A stretch of 64,000 nt of DNA from Craspedostauros australis (lineage: Eukaryota), in the NCBI GenBank assembly GCA_030167865.1, contig JALAGF010004023.1:1-64000 (forward strand), given 5' to 3'. Below the pieces are notes generated by a model. That model was not told the DNA's origin. It saw only the letters and a program-made list of their open reading frames with translations, and ran no database searches. A program made the translations under genes and the position numbers. Shown in pieces: positions 24,334 to 37,114 of this stretch (position 1 is its first letter; each line of letters starts with the position of its first letter).

Positions 24334-26682
24334 ATGTTGTCTGTCAAGAAAGCTCTGGTGGTCGTGGCCCTTGCCGCATCCGTCTCCTCGTCGGCATCTG
24401 CCTTCAACCCAGCCGGCGTCGTCCGCAGCGTTGCCAAGAACGCCGTCGGTGTTGTGCGAAACCAGCCATTCGTTGCCAAGAGGTACGTGGATCACACCAA
24501 CTGCGCCAGAGTATCTCGATCCGTGTTGGTGACACCCGCACCAATCGACAAATTCAACCTGGCGATCTTTTCTTTGTTGTTGTTCCATTTGGGACATGAC
24601 AGTCCGAAAAATGGCGACATTGAATCGCTGTTGTATCACGATGTCTCCATCCGCGGTATGGAATGAGCTTTGGCTTCCAATGAAGAGCAAAAGGTTACAT
24701 TGTGCTGATGCTTGTGATTCGCAATGCATCGCATCTTGATGCAGTTTGCCACTGCGACGACAACGACAACACCGGTCTCTATCGACTCATCCGGGTTGGC
24801 GGAGAAGACCCTGTGCTTCTCCAAGGCTCGTATTCCAGTCCGCAGATCACGAACAGGAATGAGTTCAACAATCAACCAAGGGTCGAGTTCCGACTACGAT
24901 GCGGTGCGATGGCATGCGGAATACAGTTGATTTCATCAATGACATCAATGGATGCCAACGCTAACTTGACTTCATCTCCTCTTTCTACTTTTGTGAACGA
25001 ACAACGCTTGCATCTGCATGTGCCTCTGCAAAAACCATTGTGGTGATGGCAACGCTGCATTTGCATCCCAACGACGCATCCACATTTTCTCCCTCTCCGA
25101 CGCAAATCAACCATAATACTTACAACCCCACTCGAATCTAATGCACTCCACTCCATCCTAATGGCATCTATGCAATGCTGAGCGTTGGCAACAACGATTA
25201 TCATTCTCAAAATCATCGTCTTCACAACTACCCTTCCTTCACTACTCTCGCACCAATTACAACAACCAACAATTTTCCTAAAATTTCGAATCTCACTCAA
25301 CAACCAACGGAATGACTTGATGAATGAATGGTTTCATGAATAACGAACGTTGCCAAATGCGCTGGTTTCAATTCGCCATGCTACCGTGTACCCTGCTCGA
25401 CCCCACATGCGCACACTTTGCGTGGCAATACGCTGCACAATGTCTCATTGATGTGAAACTCATCGAATCGAAACCATGACCGAATGATGGGTGAATCGTC
25501 CATGGCACATACATCACGACATCACAAATCTCATCCAATGCTGGTGGTGTTGATGGTGGTCATCATTCGATGATCTGCGATACTGATATTCTCGATGGAA
25601 CGATTGCCGATGCCAACACAACAAATGCATGGTTCTCGCAACCCAACAAAAAATGCAACAGCTCCGATGCCTCCGCGAAGTCGTCCGGCTCGGTGGCCCT
25701 GTCCTCCACCGGAGGTGCCAAGGTCGCTGAGGAGGAGCCAAGCTCCGGATCCAGCCTCGCCGAGACCCTTGAGGTCGGCGCCTACTTCACCATGTGGTAC
25801 ACATTCAACATTGCCTACAATATCTACAACAAGCAGGCGCTCAACCTTCTCGACTTCCCATGGACCATCGCCACCATCCAGATGGCCACAGGAATCGCCT
25901 ACTTCCTCCCAATGTGGATCCTCGGTCTGCGCAAGGCCCCAAAGCTGAGCTTCTCCGACCTCAAGACTCTCTTCCCAATCGCCCTCTGCCACACCGGAGT
26001 GCACGTCGGTGCCGTCATCGCCCTTGGTGCCGGAGCCGTCTCTTTCGCGCACATCGTCAAGGCCTCCGAGCCAGTCGTCACTTGCGCCCTTAACGCCATC
26101 CTCCTGGGACAGGTCCTCCCACTCCCGGTCTACCTCACCCTCATCCCAATCATTAGCGGAGTCGCCATCGCCTCCATGAAGGAGCTCTCCTTCACCGTCT
26201 TGGCCCTCGCCTCCGCCATGCTCTCCAACGTCTCCTCTGCCGCCCGTGGTGTCCTCTCCAAGAAGACCATGTCCGGAAAGAAGATCGGCGAGAACCTCGA
26301 CGCCCAGAACTTGTACGCCGTCCTCACCGCCATGTCCACCATCATCCTGATCCCAACCATGCTCGCTATGGAGGGAACCGGCATGTTCAAGGCCATGGAC
26401 GGACTCATCAAGGCCGGAAAGTACACCAAGCAGTCCCTCGCCACCCTCCTCGCCCTGGGTGGTGCGTCGTACTACGCCTACAACGAGGTCGCCTTCCTGG
26501 CCCTCGGAAAGGTGAACCCAGTCACACACGCCGTCGGAAACACCATCAAGCGCGTCGTCATCATCGTCGCCTCCGTCATCGCCTTCAACACGAAAATGAG
26601 CACCGGATCCATCATCGGTTCCAGCATCGCCATCTTCGGAACGTTGTTGTACTCGCTGGCAATGAACGCGTCCAAGAAGTAA
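24334..26682 (+). CDS. TPT: Plastid triose-phosphate/phosphate translocator, 2 exons (24334-24482, 25662-26682)
   Basis: Exon 1 MLSVKKALVVVALAASVSSSASAFNP carries an ASAF motif and joins exon 2 in phase 2. Exon 2 has WYTFNIAYNIYNK, FAHIVKASEP and NPVTHAVGNTIKRVVII. Confidence 0.92.
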
Positions 26683-27707
26683 ACTACTCCACTCTACTCA
26701 ACTCTAGTGGAGTACTACTAGTACGGACTATCTAGTATGAATGCAAGAGCGATGCGATGCAGCGCGATGCCTTGGTGATGCACAAATAACGATCAACGCT
26801 ACTTTAGAATAGCTATTGCCTGCGATCCGCCGACGCTCGATTTCTCTGTTGGCTTCATTGCATTGTGGTTGTTCGGGGGGTCTGGGTGAGTGGTGTGAAG
26901 ACGTACGAGCCAAGTCAACCTCGGTGAATGTAGGGGAATCAATTGCAACAACATTCGAGTGAGTCACTCACGACCCAAAGACGCAAACATTCCATCGAAC
27001 ACGGAACAAGAAGTCAGAAACGAGAGACGACAAAAACACCACAAGCGCAAGGAGCAGCGCGAAGCAAACCGCACATAAAGAGACAGACGACGACAAAGAC
27101 GACAACAAAGACAACCACAGCCACAACACAGAGAGGAGGGCAAGTGACCAACACACCACGCCTGGATAGTCGTACGTACGACCCACTAATACAGCTTGAT
27201 CCAAACTGGAGATCAACTGAAGGCAGAACCCTCGCGTGAAGGAAGCGAAAGAAGCGTCCATTGCACACTCCACGATTGTGCCTTTGTGTCTCGTGACATT
27301 TGGCTGAGAACAGCATCGAGTGCCCTGACTTCACCTCGCCAAAGTGAGGACTTCGCAACAGCCTTGCTCCTTGTGAATTCAACTTCCGAGAAGCAGTGAG
27401 AGCAAAGACGGGTGGCAGCTGCGCGAACCAAAGGAAGGGCACGCTCAAGGCGCACCTCCAATCGTGGCACCATCACAGCCATCACCTTGGACATCGCAGC
27501 GGGACATCGCAGAGGGACAACACCGTTGAATAACGTTGAGCAGCTCAACAGCTGGCAGGAACCAGAACAGCGATCACACCAAAGAAGGAACCAATCAACC
27601 AAGCCATCAGCCAGTCAATCTATCACAAACCCGAAACGAAAACAGCAGAGCGTCTCAGGCCGTTCATAGCGCCATCCAATTGCCACAATACCAGTACAGC
27701 CAGCATC

Positions 27708-30419
27708 ATGCAGCATTCTGAGGATTCGATATGGTCCATGCGATGGGCGGAACAGACGTCCCACCCATCCAGCGATGACAGCGCGGCTCCCACCATCAAG
27801 AACCACTCGGTCACGCACTTCAACGGTTACCTCTACTGCTTCGGCGGATACGATGGAAGGCGCAATCACCTCACGTTGCTGCTGTATTCGTTGGCGGAAA
27901 AGAGATGGATCCGTCCCCACCGCGTCACCAGCGAGCAGGCCTACCTCGGCGACAAAACCATCATGGTCACGGGCACCCCACCTCCGGGCCGCAACGGACA
28001 CTCCGCAACACTGGCGGTGGATCCAGATGACAGCGACAACGCCCGCATCATCATCATTGGGGGTTGGATGGGGACGGGACCCCTGGCCGCGTCGGACATG
28101 CACGTCTTGGATCTCTCCAAAGGCAGCACCCTCCTGCGATGGTGGCAACCTGACGTCAAGGGCACACCGCCGGGTCCCTGCAACATGCACAGCGCTGACT
28201 TCGTGCCATCCAAGCATGAGGTCTACGTCTTTCGTGGAGGCAATGGGCGAGAGTACCTGAATGATCTGCATGCTCTGTGCACGAAGACTTTGGTATGGAG
28301 GAAGGTGAAGACCACAGGGAAGGCACCGCAGCAACGTGCCAACCATTCTAGCGCCGTGCTGGAATCCACTGGCGAGCTCTTCATCTTTGGCGGATGGTAC
28401 GTCCTGCGCGCGAGTAGAGGACTGTATGCAATGTGTGGACTTGTGCGACTCATTGCTGGTGCTGGGTTCGTGCGGCGAAGCGGTGGTCGCACAACCCACG
28501 AATGCACGGATATTCATGATGATGATGCGTGATGCACTGCCCTATGTTCGAGTGCAATAGTATGCGTGAACCACTGTTGCGGCTGCGCGACTACAGACAT
28601 TGCTGCTTGACGTGTTTCTTACCATTACAAAAATCGTGCTCATTCTATTCAAACATGGGTGGCTCGTTCTCGTGATTGGCCGCGAACAGGAATGGAACGG
28701 AGCGGTTGAACGATATCCATATCCTGGACACCGAGACATCCACGTGGACATGTGCTCAGGCCGGTGGCATCCTACCACACCCCAGAGCCGGCATGACACT
28801 GACCGCACTGCGCGGGCAACTCTTCCTCTTCGGTGGCAGCGGCACATCCTCCAAGTGCTTCCAAGACTTGCAGATACTGGATAGATCCGAAATGGCATGG
28901 TTGGATGTGACGCAATACGAACCTTCAGCGGCGGGTGCCAGACACCGCCAGGATGGAGATCATCATCATCACCACCACCATCATCACCACCATCACATGG
29001 ATCATGACGACTACGATCCGACCTGGAGCTATGGTGGATACTACGACTCCCAATCTCGCAGTGGCGGTATGGGTGCACGAAAACAGATGGTGAGTTCTGC
29101 GTTTAGTGCTTCGCAATGTGGTGCTTTATTTTGATGTGCTGTGCTTTATTGTTTCGTTGGCAGAAGGATTTGAAGTGCCTGCGCAACAGTGCCTCGATGC
29201 ACGCATGATCTGGTTGATGGATCAATCCCAAGCACGTGAACGAGTACGGCATGCTGTGCGCTTGCGGAGGACTCTGCTCATACCTCGAGAGAGAAATTGG
29301 TATCTGTGCCCCAATTCCTGTTCTAAACACTGAGTGAACGAAACATGACACCGCCAACCGCTCAAAAATTGGTGTTCACTGTACTCGATTGAATGATCGA
29401 TTCATTGCGTCGTTGCGTCGTTGATCCATTGACTCTACGCGCAGACCATGCAGCGATCTGCGACTGGACAGCCGATATTGGGCGACGCAAGCAGGCATGG
29501 TGGCGGCTCAACGAACTGGCAATCTGAGGAAATGTCGGTTGCAGCCCGACCTCCGTTGGGTTCGCATGGCGTGTCGCCCAATCCCAACGATCAGGACACG
29601 GTTCCAACCGTCATGGTGCACGGGCGTGGGCCGGGGCGGCGTGCTGGTCATACAGCAACTGCGGTTGGTCGCAAGATCTACATCTTTGGCGGCTCGTGCG
29701 GATCAGACTACTTAAATGACTTCTACGTTCTGGACACCGATCCGCCGCAGCACGCCACGGTGTTGGAACCCTGCAGCCTACAGCTGATTCAAAGACGACT
29801 GAAGCACTTCTACAACAACGACGAATTCTCGGATGTGACATTCTTGGTGCAAGGGCAGCAGATACACGGTCACAAGATGATACTGTCTTCTGTCTCCGAC
29901 TGCTTCCGCGCCATGTTCATGGCCGGCTTTCGGGAGCAGGATTCGATGGAGATCGAGATCAAGGACTGTTCCTACGGAGCCTTTCTGGCCCTGATGGAGT
30001 ACATCTATACGGGCAAGATACCTCGCATTGAACAGCAGCGTCTGCATGCACTGCAGCTGCAGCAACAACAGCACCCGAGCAACAATGGCAACGAGAGCGA
30101 CAGCCAAAGCGCGGCGATCAACCCGAACGAGATGGACGCCAGCAGCAACTACAGCATGCAATCAATGCAACGGTATGGCGCCGACATTGATCAGATCGTG
30201 GAGATTTTGGAACTTGCCGACCGATTCATGGTGGATCATCTGAAGCAGATTTGTGAGACGGTGTTGCAGCCCATGGTGTGCGCAGAGACATTGGACTTCC
30301 TTCTGCATGTATCGAGCAAAACAAATGCTCTGCAATTGCAATCGATCTGCCGTCATTTTTCGCGCAATCAACAGGACAATGCGGCATCGATGAATGCGAG
30401 CAGCAACAGTCAGGAATGA
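27708..30419 (+). CDS. Kelch-repeat + BTB/POZ protein (LZTR1-like architecture), 3 exons (27708-28396, 28690-29089, 29445-30419)
   Basis: Six Kelch blades (LYCFGGYDG, RNGHSAT...IIGGW, VYVFRGGNG, RANHSS...FIFGGW, RAGMT...LFLFGG, RAGHTAT...IYIFGG), then BTB (FSDVTFLV...GHKMIL...FRAMF...ALMEYIYTG). All splices keep the frame. Confidence 0.9.
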
Positions 30420-30781
30420 TGGCATTTCATTCCAGTCCACGATGTCCGCACGAGTGTGTCAGTGCGAAATTAGAGCATGACGGTTTTCTTTTTTAGAACG
30501 GTAGAGTAAGTATCATAGTAAGTAGTTCCTCACAAAGAGTTCAAGAGGCAAACTCAGTGCACAAGGCCGCGTCACAAATGGTTGCGAATAGATGCGGGTA
30601 GGTTCATCGTTCTCTTTGCCGCGCTGCGTGCGTTCATTGAGTTTATTCATGATGTTGATGTGCTGTTTGCTTGTTGGTTTCCTTGATCGTCTTCGCCGAA
30701 TTGCATGGATTACAAACTATGGTACGATTCGTGCCAACACATTGGAGCATCACGGCGCTACCCCCCTGCACGCCAAACCAT

Positions 30782-31614
30782 TTAGTTGTCTCCGTAGTCA
30801 CTGAACATATCCGTCGGTGTGTTCTTGACGACCGTTGTTTTGGCAACCGGTGCAGGTTTCGACGCCGCTTCTGCTTCGTCGGCAGTGACCTTTTGTCTCA
30901 GTGCTGCAGCGCCTTCCATGTCACCCTTCATTTCTCGGTACTTGGCCAAGGCCTCCTCGGCCTGACGACGCTCCTCGTCAGTCAATTCATTCATAAATTC
31001 TTCATCTTGCGCATACGATTCGGTGACCACGGGTGCGTACAGATCATTGGAGTCGAGAATGAAGCCGACGATGATCGTCGACAGGAGTCCGCCAGCCATG
31101 ACGGCCTGTTTGGCGTTTCATTCAATATGGTATGATGTGGGAATGCAATGCATGTAGACGATGGAAGGAATGGATGAGAGGCATGTTGCAAATCTGATTT
31201 CAATGGATGAGTGTCCAGCACATTTTTGGCACATCGCAATGACGTGCACATAGTTCGCAAATGAACGATCGCGCCGATGATACAAGGAACTCGATAGAGG
31301 AGCACAACTTCCACATCGCTGTCGGAAGGCGCTGCACTGTTGATATGCAGCGTCTTGGATTGGATCTGGATTGCACTCACAATTCCACCAGCAAAAACGG
31401 TGGCAAACTCGTTGGTTGGAATGCTGGCAATGTCGGAATCGATGGTCGAAATGAGCATGGAATTCTGCTGGATGGCGGAGGCAATCATCTCTGTCGGTGG
31501 CAGCATGTGGCTGGGAGACACGGCAGCGCGGAATGCGGCCGTGGGCTTCGTGACGAAAGCCGCTGTGCTGGCAATGCACAGCACGAGGAGCAGGCAGATG
31601 GTGGTGGATGCCAT
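30782..31614 (-). CDS. Small plastid-targeted membrane protein of unknown function, 2 exons (31614-31381, 31105-30782)
   Basis: Signal peptide ending ASTAAF. The hydrophobic segment FATVFAGGI/AVMAGGLLSTIIVGFIL spans an in-frame GT-AG intron. Acidic helical C-terminus. Confidence 0.75.
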
Positions 31615-32546
31615 GGTGGTATTATGATGGATGTGGATGTGGATGTGGGTGTTGGTGTTGGTATGTCTGGGAATTGGTCTTGACGATGAACGGTGGGGGG
31701 CGCTTCGAACCCGAGGTTAGACGATGAAAAGGTGAGCAGCAATGTGCACGGGATGGGCACAGTCTATGTTTGAGTTCTCTTGGCGATTGACAGACTGGAG
31801 TTGGTTAGCGTCTTTCACAAGAGTGTCGAGAGTGCTGCTGTTGTTAACGTTCAGTGTGCCTGTCTTGATGTTGATGGCTGTGGATACGGTCGTCGCGTGT
31901 GTGTGAGTGATGAGCCATGAACGGTGGTGAAGTGGAAGACGGAAAACGTTTCGAATACACGAAACACGACTGATGTCATCTCAACGAGTCACGACCAAAG
32001 AAGAGGAGTAAAAGGGGATGTTATGAAGGGGTGATGATGATCCCCCTTTTCAACTTCCCCCGAAAGTGGCGTTCGGATCCATGAACATCAACATGAAGAA
32101 TCGCGAAGAAGAAATCAATCAAGGCACATCATCCACCTGATAATATCACTCTGTGATTCGCTGTAACACGTCATGACACGTCATATCATGTTCTGTTCGA
32201 TGTCTTTGGTGACGACATCACCAACAACGCAACACCAGGCTTCGCCCGAATCGGCCATCTGCCGACAAATCAAACGATCTCCGTTTCTTCCTTTCTTTCT
32301 TCGCGCATCAACTCAACTCTGTTCCATTCGAAGTCACACGCCTCTTTCTGTGGAAGCACAAGTCGAGGACGAAGACTGGGGGAAGAAGAGAGGCAGCGAT
32401 AGAGGATGCAGGCAACACCATCGAAGAGTACGAGCCACAGTCGAAGAACACAATACCAGCATACTCATTGAGTTGCTCATCAAAGTTGACGGAAACAGGA
32501 GGAGCCGCATGAGTCGTCCAAGAGCAAGACAGAGAAAGAGCAGAAG

Positions 32547-34997
32547 ATGGAGACGAACGGCGGCAGCCAATCAATGACCTTGCGGTCCACGAAGAGTCGC
32601 AAAAGCCGACATCGACATCGACGCCGATGCAGACGGCTGCCATGGATTGTGGCGACTGCTACCCTTGTCACCGTGTGCAGAAGTTCGGCTATCACATGCC
32701 GCGCCTTCTCCAATCCATCGATACAGACGCAAACACAGCCATTTGCTCGGGGTGGCCACCGACCAACATCCGGCAAAAGTCATTTGCCTCGGCGATTCGC
32801 ATCAACCCATTCACATGATCAATGGGAGGAACAGCGGGATGGGCAACTGAATCACCAGCAGAAGCAGGAGCAGAGGCAGACGGGACATTCGCAACGGCAG
32901 ACGCGGGGGCGTCCCGTTGATGCTGTTGCTTCATCCCACAGCAACGAACATCACAGCACAGATCCATCTGCAAGCTCGAATCCTCGTGTGACCACTTTGA
33001 GCAGACGAGATGCGATGCGTAACTTGTCGGTCATGGGACTGCTTCCCTTTGCTCTCGCCCTTGGATCCGATGCAGCAGCATCAGCAGCGGCACCGGATGC
33101 TGCCTCCAAGTCATCATCGCAGCAGCAGTCGCTGGAGGGCCTGCAATTTGCAGACGGCAAGTGGCAAAGCCTCACCCAAACAGGCACTAGCACGACGGGC
33201 AGCATGGTCGTCCCGGCCTACTTTGCCACGTACCTTGCCAGGTTCCTCATCCGATACGATGCTGGCGTCAGCTCTTGGTACGAGCAACAGAAGAAGTCCA
33301 TCTCACTGCTATCACAAGACGAGCAGGTCAGCCGTGAGGGACGCATCTTTGGAAATTTCGCAGAATCCTTGCAGCTTGGAGTCAAGGACTTTCTGCTGCA
33401 GGAGTTGAGAGCCACGCCTCAATCGCAGCAACCTGACAAGCCGCGCACGATACGGGACTGCTACAGCGTGTTGGCGCAGCTCTTGATGGACAAGTATGCT
33501 GCCACATCGTCCGCTTCATTAAGCAGCAAACAGCAGCAGCAGGAGGAGGACGGGGAGGAAATCATGAGACAAATTGCGCTATTGTTTGCCATGCTTCCGC
33601 CATCCCAGCAACCAGTCACCGTCCTCGGTCAGATCACGGCGATGTCAACATCATCGTCGTCATCGTCGTCTTCGTCATCTGTGCAAGCCATCTACAAATC
33701 GCTTTTCTCGCCAACGACACCAGCCACGCAAACGAAATCTGCCAGAAGCCAATCATCAACATCCATCAACGGTCTCCTATCGTCGGACTATCAGGTGCGC
33801 TTCATCTCCACCAGGTTGGCATCCGGCGGCAGCAACGCATATAACGGCGTGTCCTCCATTGCCTCCGCATCGGTTTCAGCAGCAGCATCGACAGTCTTCA
33901 CTATCGATCCACCCTTGCAGCTCTTCGAGGTGGGCATAGAAGAGGAGTTCGGGCAGACGGCCGTCGCAACACCCTTCGGTCCCTTGGCATCTTCGCCTCT
34001 CATCCGGGACCTTCCCGCCTACTCTCCCCTCATCTACGGCCTCTTCGGGATCAGCGGTGCCACCGGTTGCGCGTTAACGCATTCCGTCGTTATCCCTCTA
34101 GATGTCGTCAAGACCAAAGCGCAGACCAATCCGGAACAATTCGGAATCGTCTCTGCGGAGGCCATCACGACGAAGGCTGCCACAGATGGCACTGCCACAC
34201 TGGAATCTCCAAAGCCAAATCTGTGGACTGGAGCTACGCAAATCGTCAAGGAGGAAGGTATCGGCGGTCTGCTGACGGGCGCGCAGGCCACCATCGCCGG
34301 CTACTTCTGGTACGGACTGTCCGTCTACCCAACCTATACCTTCTCCAAACGATGGCTCGCCCACACCGTCTTGTCTCCGGAACAGGCAATGGTCCATGCC
34401 AACGACATTGCTCTTGTCGCTGGTGCCATGGCCGCCGTTGTTGCCAGCCTTGGCCTCACGCCGTTGGAAGCGGCACGTATCCGTGTCGTGGCCGAGCCGC
34501 AGCAGTACAAGCCGTTGGGATTGATCGGAACTTTGCAATCTATCGGACTCCAATCGAGCTACGCCGGTTTGCCATCCCTGCTGGCGCGTCAGGTCATATT
34601 TGGTTCCGTCAAGTTCTTGGCCTTCGAACGTGCCTGCGATGCCATCTTCCACGTCTATCCCATGCTGCGCGACACCACCGCCACTGCCCTGCTGGTCAGT
34701 TTGATCGCCGGCGCCTGGTCAGGCTGCCTGTCCTCTGTCGTTTCGCAACCCGCAGATTCTGTTCTCACCTACGTGGCACAAAACTCAAAGGATGGTCGAT
34801 CGTTGGGCGTTGTGGAAGGGTGCATCGAGATGGTACAGACGGATGGTCCGGGATCCTTGTTCCGCGGGTTGGGCAGCCGGTGCGTCTGGGCGGGATCCAT
34901 CATTGCTGGGCAGTTTCTCTTGTACGATGTGTTCCGCACCTACTTCGGTGTCAGTGGTCCGGACTTGTCGCAAGTCTATTCCATTACTATTGGATGA
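32547..34997 (+). CDS. Mitochondrial carrier family protein (phosphate-carrier-like) with about 490-aa N-terminal extension
   Basis: Three carrier signature repeats THSVVIPLDVVKT, TPLEAARIR and QPADSVLT resemble the SLC25A3/PiC signatures. The N-terminus has a hydrophobic stretch ending CRAF and an SRR...hydrophobic...AAASA segment. Confidence 0.85.
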   Translation: METNGGSQSMTLRSTKSRKSRHRHRRRCRRLPWIVATATLVTVCRSSAITCRAFSNPSIQTQTQPFARGGHRPTSGKSHLPRRFASTHSHDQWEEQRDGQLNHQQKQEQRQTGHSQRQTRGRPVDAVASSHSNEHHSTDPSASSNPRVTTLSRRDAMRNLSVMGLLPFALALGSDAAASAAAPDAASKSSSQQQSLEGLQFADGKWQSLTQTGTSTTGSMVVPAYFATYLARFLIRYDAGVSSWYEQQKKSISLLSQDEQVSREGRIFGNFAESLQLGVKDFLLQELRATPQSQQPDKPRTIRDCYSVLAQLLMDKYAATSSASLSSKQQQQEEDGEEIMRQIALLFAMLPPSQQPVTVLGQITAMSTSSSSSSSSSSVQAIYKSLFSPTTPATQTKSARSQSSTSINGLLSSDYQVRFISTRLASGGSNAYNGVSSIASASVSAAASTVFTIDPPLQLFEVGIEEEFGQTAVATPFGPLASSPLIRDLPAYSPLIYGLFGISGATGCALTHSVVIPLDVVKTKAQTNPEQFGIVSAEAITTKAATDGTATLESPKPNLWTGATQIVKEEGIGGLLTGAQATIAGYFWYGLSVYPTYTFSKRWLAHTVLSPEQAMVHANDIALVAGAMAAVVASLGLTPLEAARIRVVAEPQQYKPLGLIGTLQSIGLQSSYAGLPSLLARQVIFGSVKFLAFERACDAIFHVYPMLRDTTATALLVSLIAGAWSGCLSSVVSQPADSVLTYVAQNSKDGRSLGVVEGCIEMVQTDGPGSLFRGLGSRCVWAGSIIAGQFLLYDVFRTYFGVSGPDLSQVYSITIG

Positions 34998-35648
34998 ATC
35001 GGGTGCAATTAATGCTACACTTGCTGCCACAAGTCTGCACTATTGGATTTGCCGGCGCTAGAGAGACAGCGGATGCTCCTTGAACGTTGATACTCCAGAG
35101 AGGCGACCATCCTGGGCAGAATCATGCTCTTTTATGGGGGTTGGACACTCAATACGTTCCAACTGCTGTTGGGTAGAGCACTCTGACGTACTCAAGCGTT
35201 AGTATCTATTCTACCAGATTTAAATGACCTGAACTCGATCCAATGTTGATACTATGGATCCAAGGTACCTTGGAATGCAGCCGAATATTCCTGCCATAAT
35301 GCTGCTGATGTGCACGTCGCAAAAGTACTGCGAATGAAACATTTGCGCAGAGCTTAGGAGTTGTTCTGTATCCATGCTTGGTGGACACTCGAGTTTTCCT
35401 TGATAGTCGCACTCTGTATCAAACTCCCTCCAAGTTTGGTACTATGCTCATTCCACGTGACAAGCAGTCGCCACGATGGAGGGATTTTGAGGTTTTGGTG
35501 CGGAATGCTTGTGCCTTCGTCCTGTGCTGAGGCATTCCTGGTACAAGACAATGCAGCGCTTTGCGAAAAAGACGTGATGTGGCACTCAAAAATCACACGC
35601 TCGTTCCACCACATAATCATCAGCCCTCAGCCCTCTGAATTCACCATC

Positions 35649-36452
35649 ATGTTGACCGCCAAGCACAAGATCCGTAACCTGCGCAATGCCAACAAGGCCA
35701 AAGCTTGGTATTGTGATGAGTATGTCCTTACCCTCTTTGTTGCCTTTTCGATCGGGTTCTTGATGGGTTGCAATGGCGGAACAGCACCAGAACCAGAACC
35801 AGTACCAGCACCAGCACCACCCGTGCCACCATCTCATCCCTTGGATGGATATTACGCGTCACCCTTGCCCCTTGATTCTCGCACATATTGGAAGGAATGC
35901 GATGATGCAGGCCTGCTGGCTGTGAAACGCCATGTTAAACAATGGGGCAAGCATGCCGATATGAACCAGTTCCGGCTCCTCTTGCGCGGTGCCTTGAAAT
36001 CGATCGGCCGCAGCGATCCCCAGTTGGATATGAACGAGCTGTACGTGCGCCGCATCTACGCTGCTGTGGGTGGCGACATTGACGCCTACTACGGCGAGCT
36101 GGTGACGACATTCGGGTTTTGGCACGATGGGCGTCACGATCCGTTCGGCGCCGACGCGCGCAAGGATATCGTGGAACTGGTCGAGAAGGGCATGTCGATG
36201 GAGACCCTGACGATGTACGTGCAGGTGGGCGCCTCCCACACTGGTCTTTACAAACACCTCAGCGTACCATCGCGTTCTGCAGAAGCGCACTGCCAGATTT
36301 TGGAATCACAGCGACTGATGAAGGAGAAGGAACGCCTGGAGAGTTTTTGGTTCTATGCTTCCAAGAACCTTAAACGGGTCGAGGATAAGATTGCGGAACG
36401 GATGAAGCAGGCTGTCAACGATTGTTCGAGCAGATCTTCGAACAAAGGATAA
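35649..36452 (+). CDS. Orphan membrane-anchored protein, tandem paralog 1
   Basis: Intronless. Basic N-terminus, hydrophobic helix ending GC, Pro-rich linker, core shared with paralogs 2 and 3 (ALKSIGRSDP...FWHDGRHDPF). Confidence 0.8.
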   Translation: MLTAKHKIRNLRNANKAKAWYCDEYVLTLFVAFSIGFLMGCNGGTAPEPEPVPAPAPPVPPSHPLDGYYASPLPLDSRTYWKECDDAGLLAVKRHVKQWGKHADMNQFRLLLRGALKSIGRSDPQLDMNELYVRRIYAAVGGDIDAYYGELVTTFGFWHDGRHDPFGADARKDIVELVEKGMSMETLTMYVQVGASHTGLYKHLSVPSRSAEAHCQILESQRLMKEKERLESFWFYASKNLKRVEDKIAERMKQAVNDCSSRSSNKG

Positions 36453-37114
36453 GATCCGAGGAAGTGAAGGTGGAAGCATTGTCATTGTCCAAAGAGTAGT
36501 ATTATATGGGACAAGAATGAGTTTCGAGTACACTTGTGTGTTGCAGTAGATATTGCACGTCAGAGCAGTGTGTGTTGTGGAAGCACATATTCCAATTTCG
36601 TGTGGACGATCCAAGTTTGTGGCGAGGCCCACTTTATCCACGATTCGATGATGGTCCGGCGCAAACAAAACACGCGGTGCCATCAGCAAGGCAAACGTAC
36701 CACGCCATCCAAAGAGGGTATATTACCTTAGCATGCTCATCCATCCCGTCTATTCTTCGGGGAACTTCCTCCCCATCCTTGAGCTGACCATCGACTTTCC
36801 TGATTGGCTGTTCTCCCATGGCCTGTTGTGCACGATGTGATGTGAGGAGACTCTCTTGTGTTTCAGAACAGTTTGGATCTGAGGAATATCACCAAATCGT
36901 GGAGGTGGAAGTTCGTGTTTTTTTGCCACGTGACAGAACGACGCGGGGAGATCCCACAGACTGATGATGTTGGACGATTCGGGTTTCGTTGGAACATCCG
37001 TGTGCTGTGCTGTCGAGAACGACACGACGCAATACAATGCTCCTGAGCTGCATGTTGCTCCATTCTCATTTCTCTCTCTCTCTCTTTCTTTCTTCTTTCT
37101 TGCTCTCCACCACC

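Noticed and set aside
25531-26529. 332-aa ORF antisense to TPT
   Set aside because: Codon-bias shadow; Gly/Asp/Glu-rich with no recognisable motifs.
26685-26714. 9-bp inverted repeat (TACTCCACT/AGTGGAGTA) just after the TPT stop
   Set aside because: Short, and TACTC/GAGTA words are common in this window's intergenic DNA; no support for a functional hairpin.
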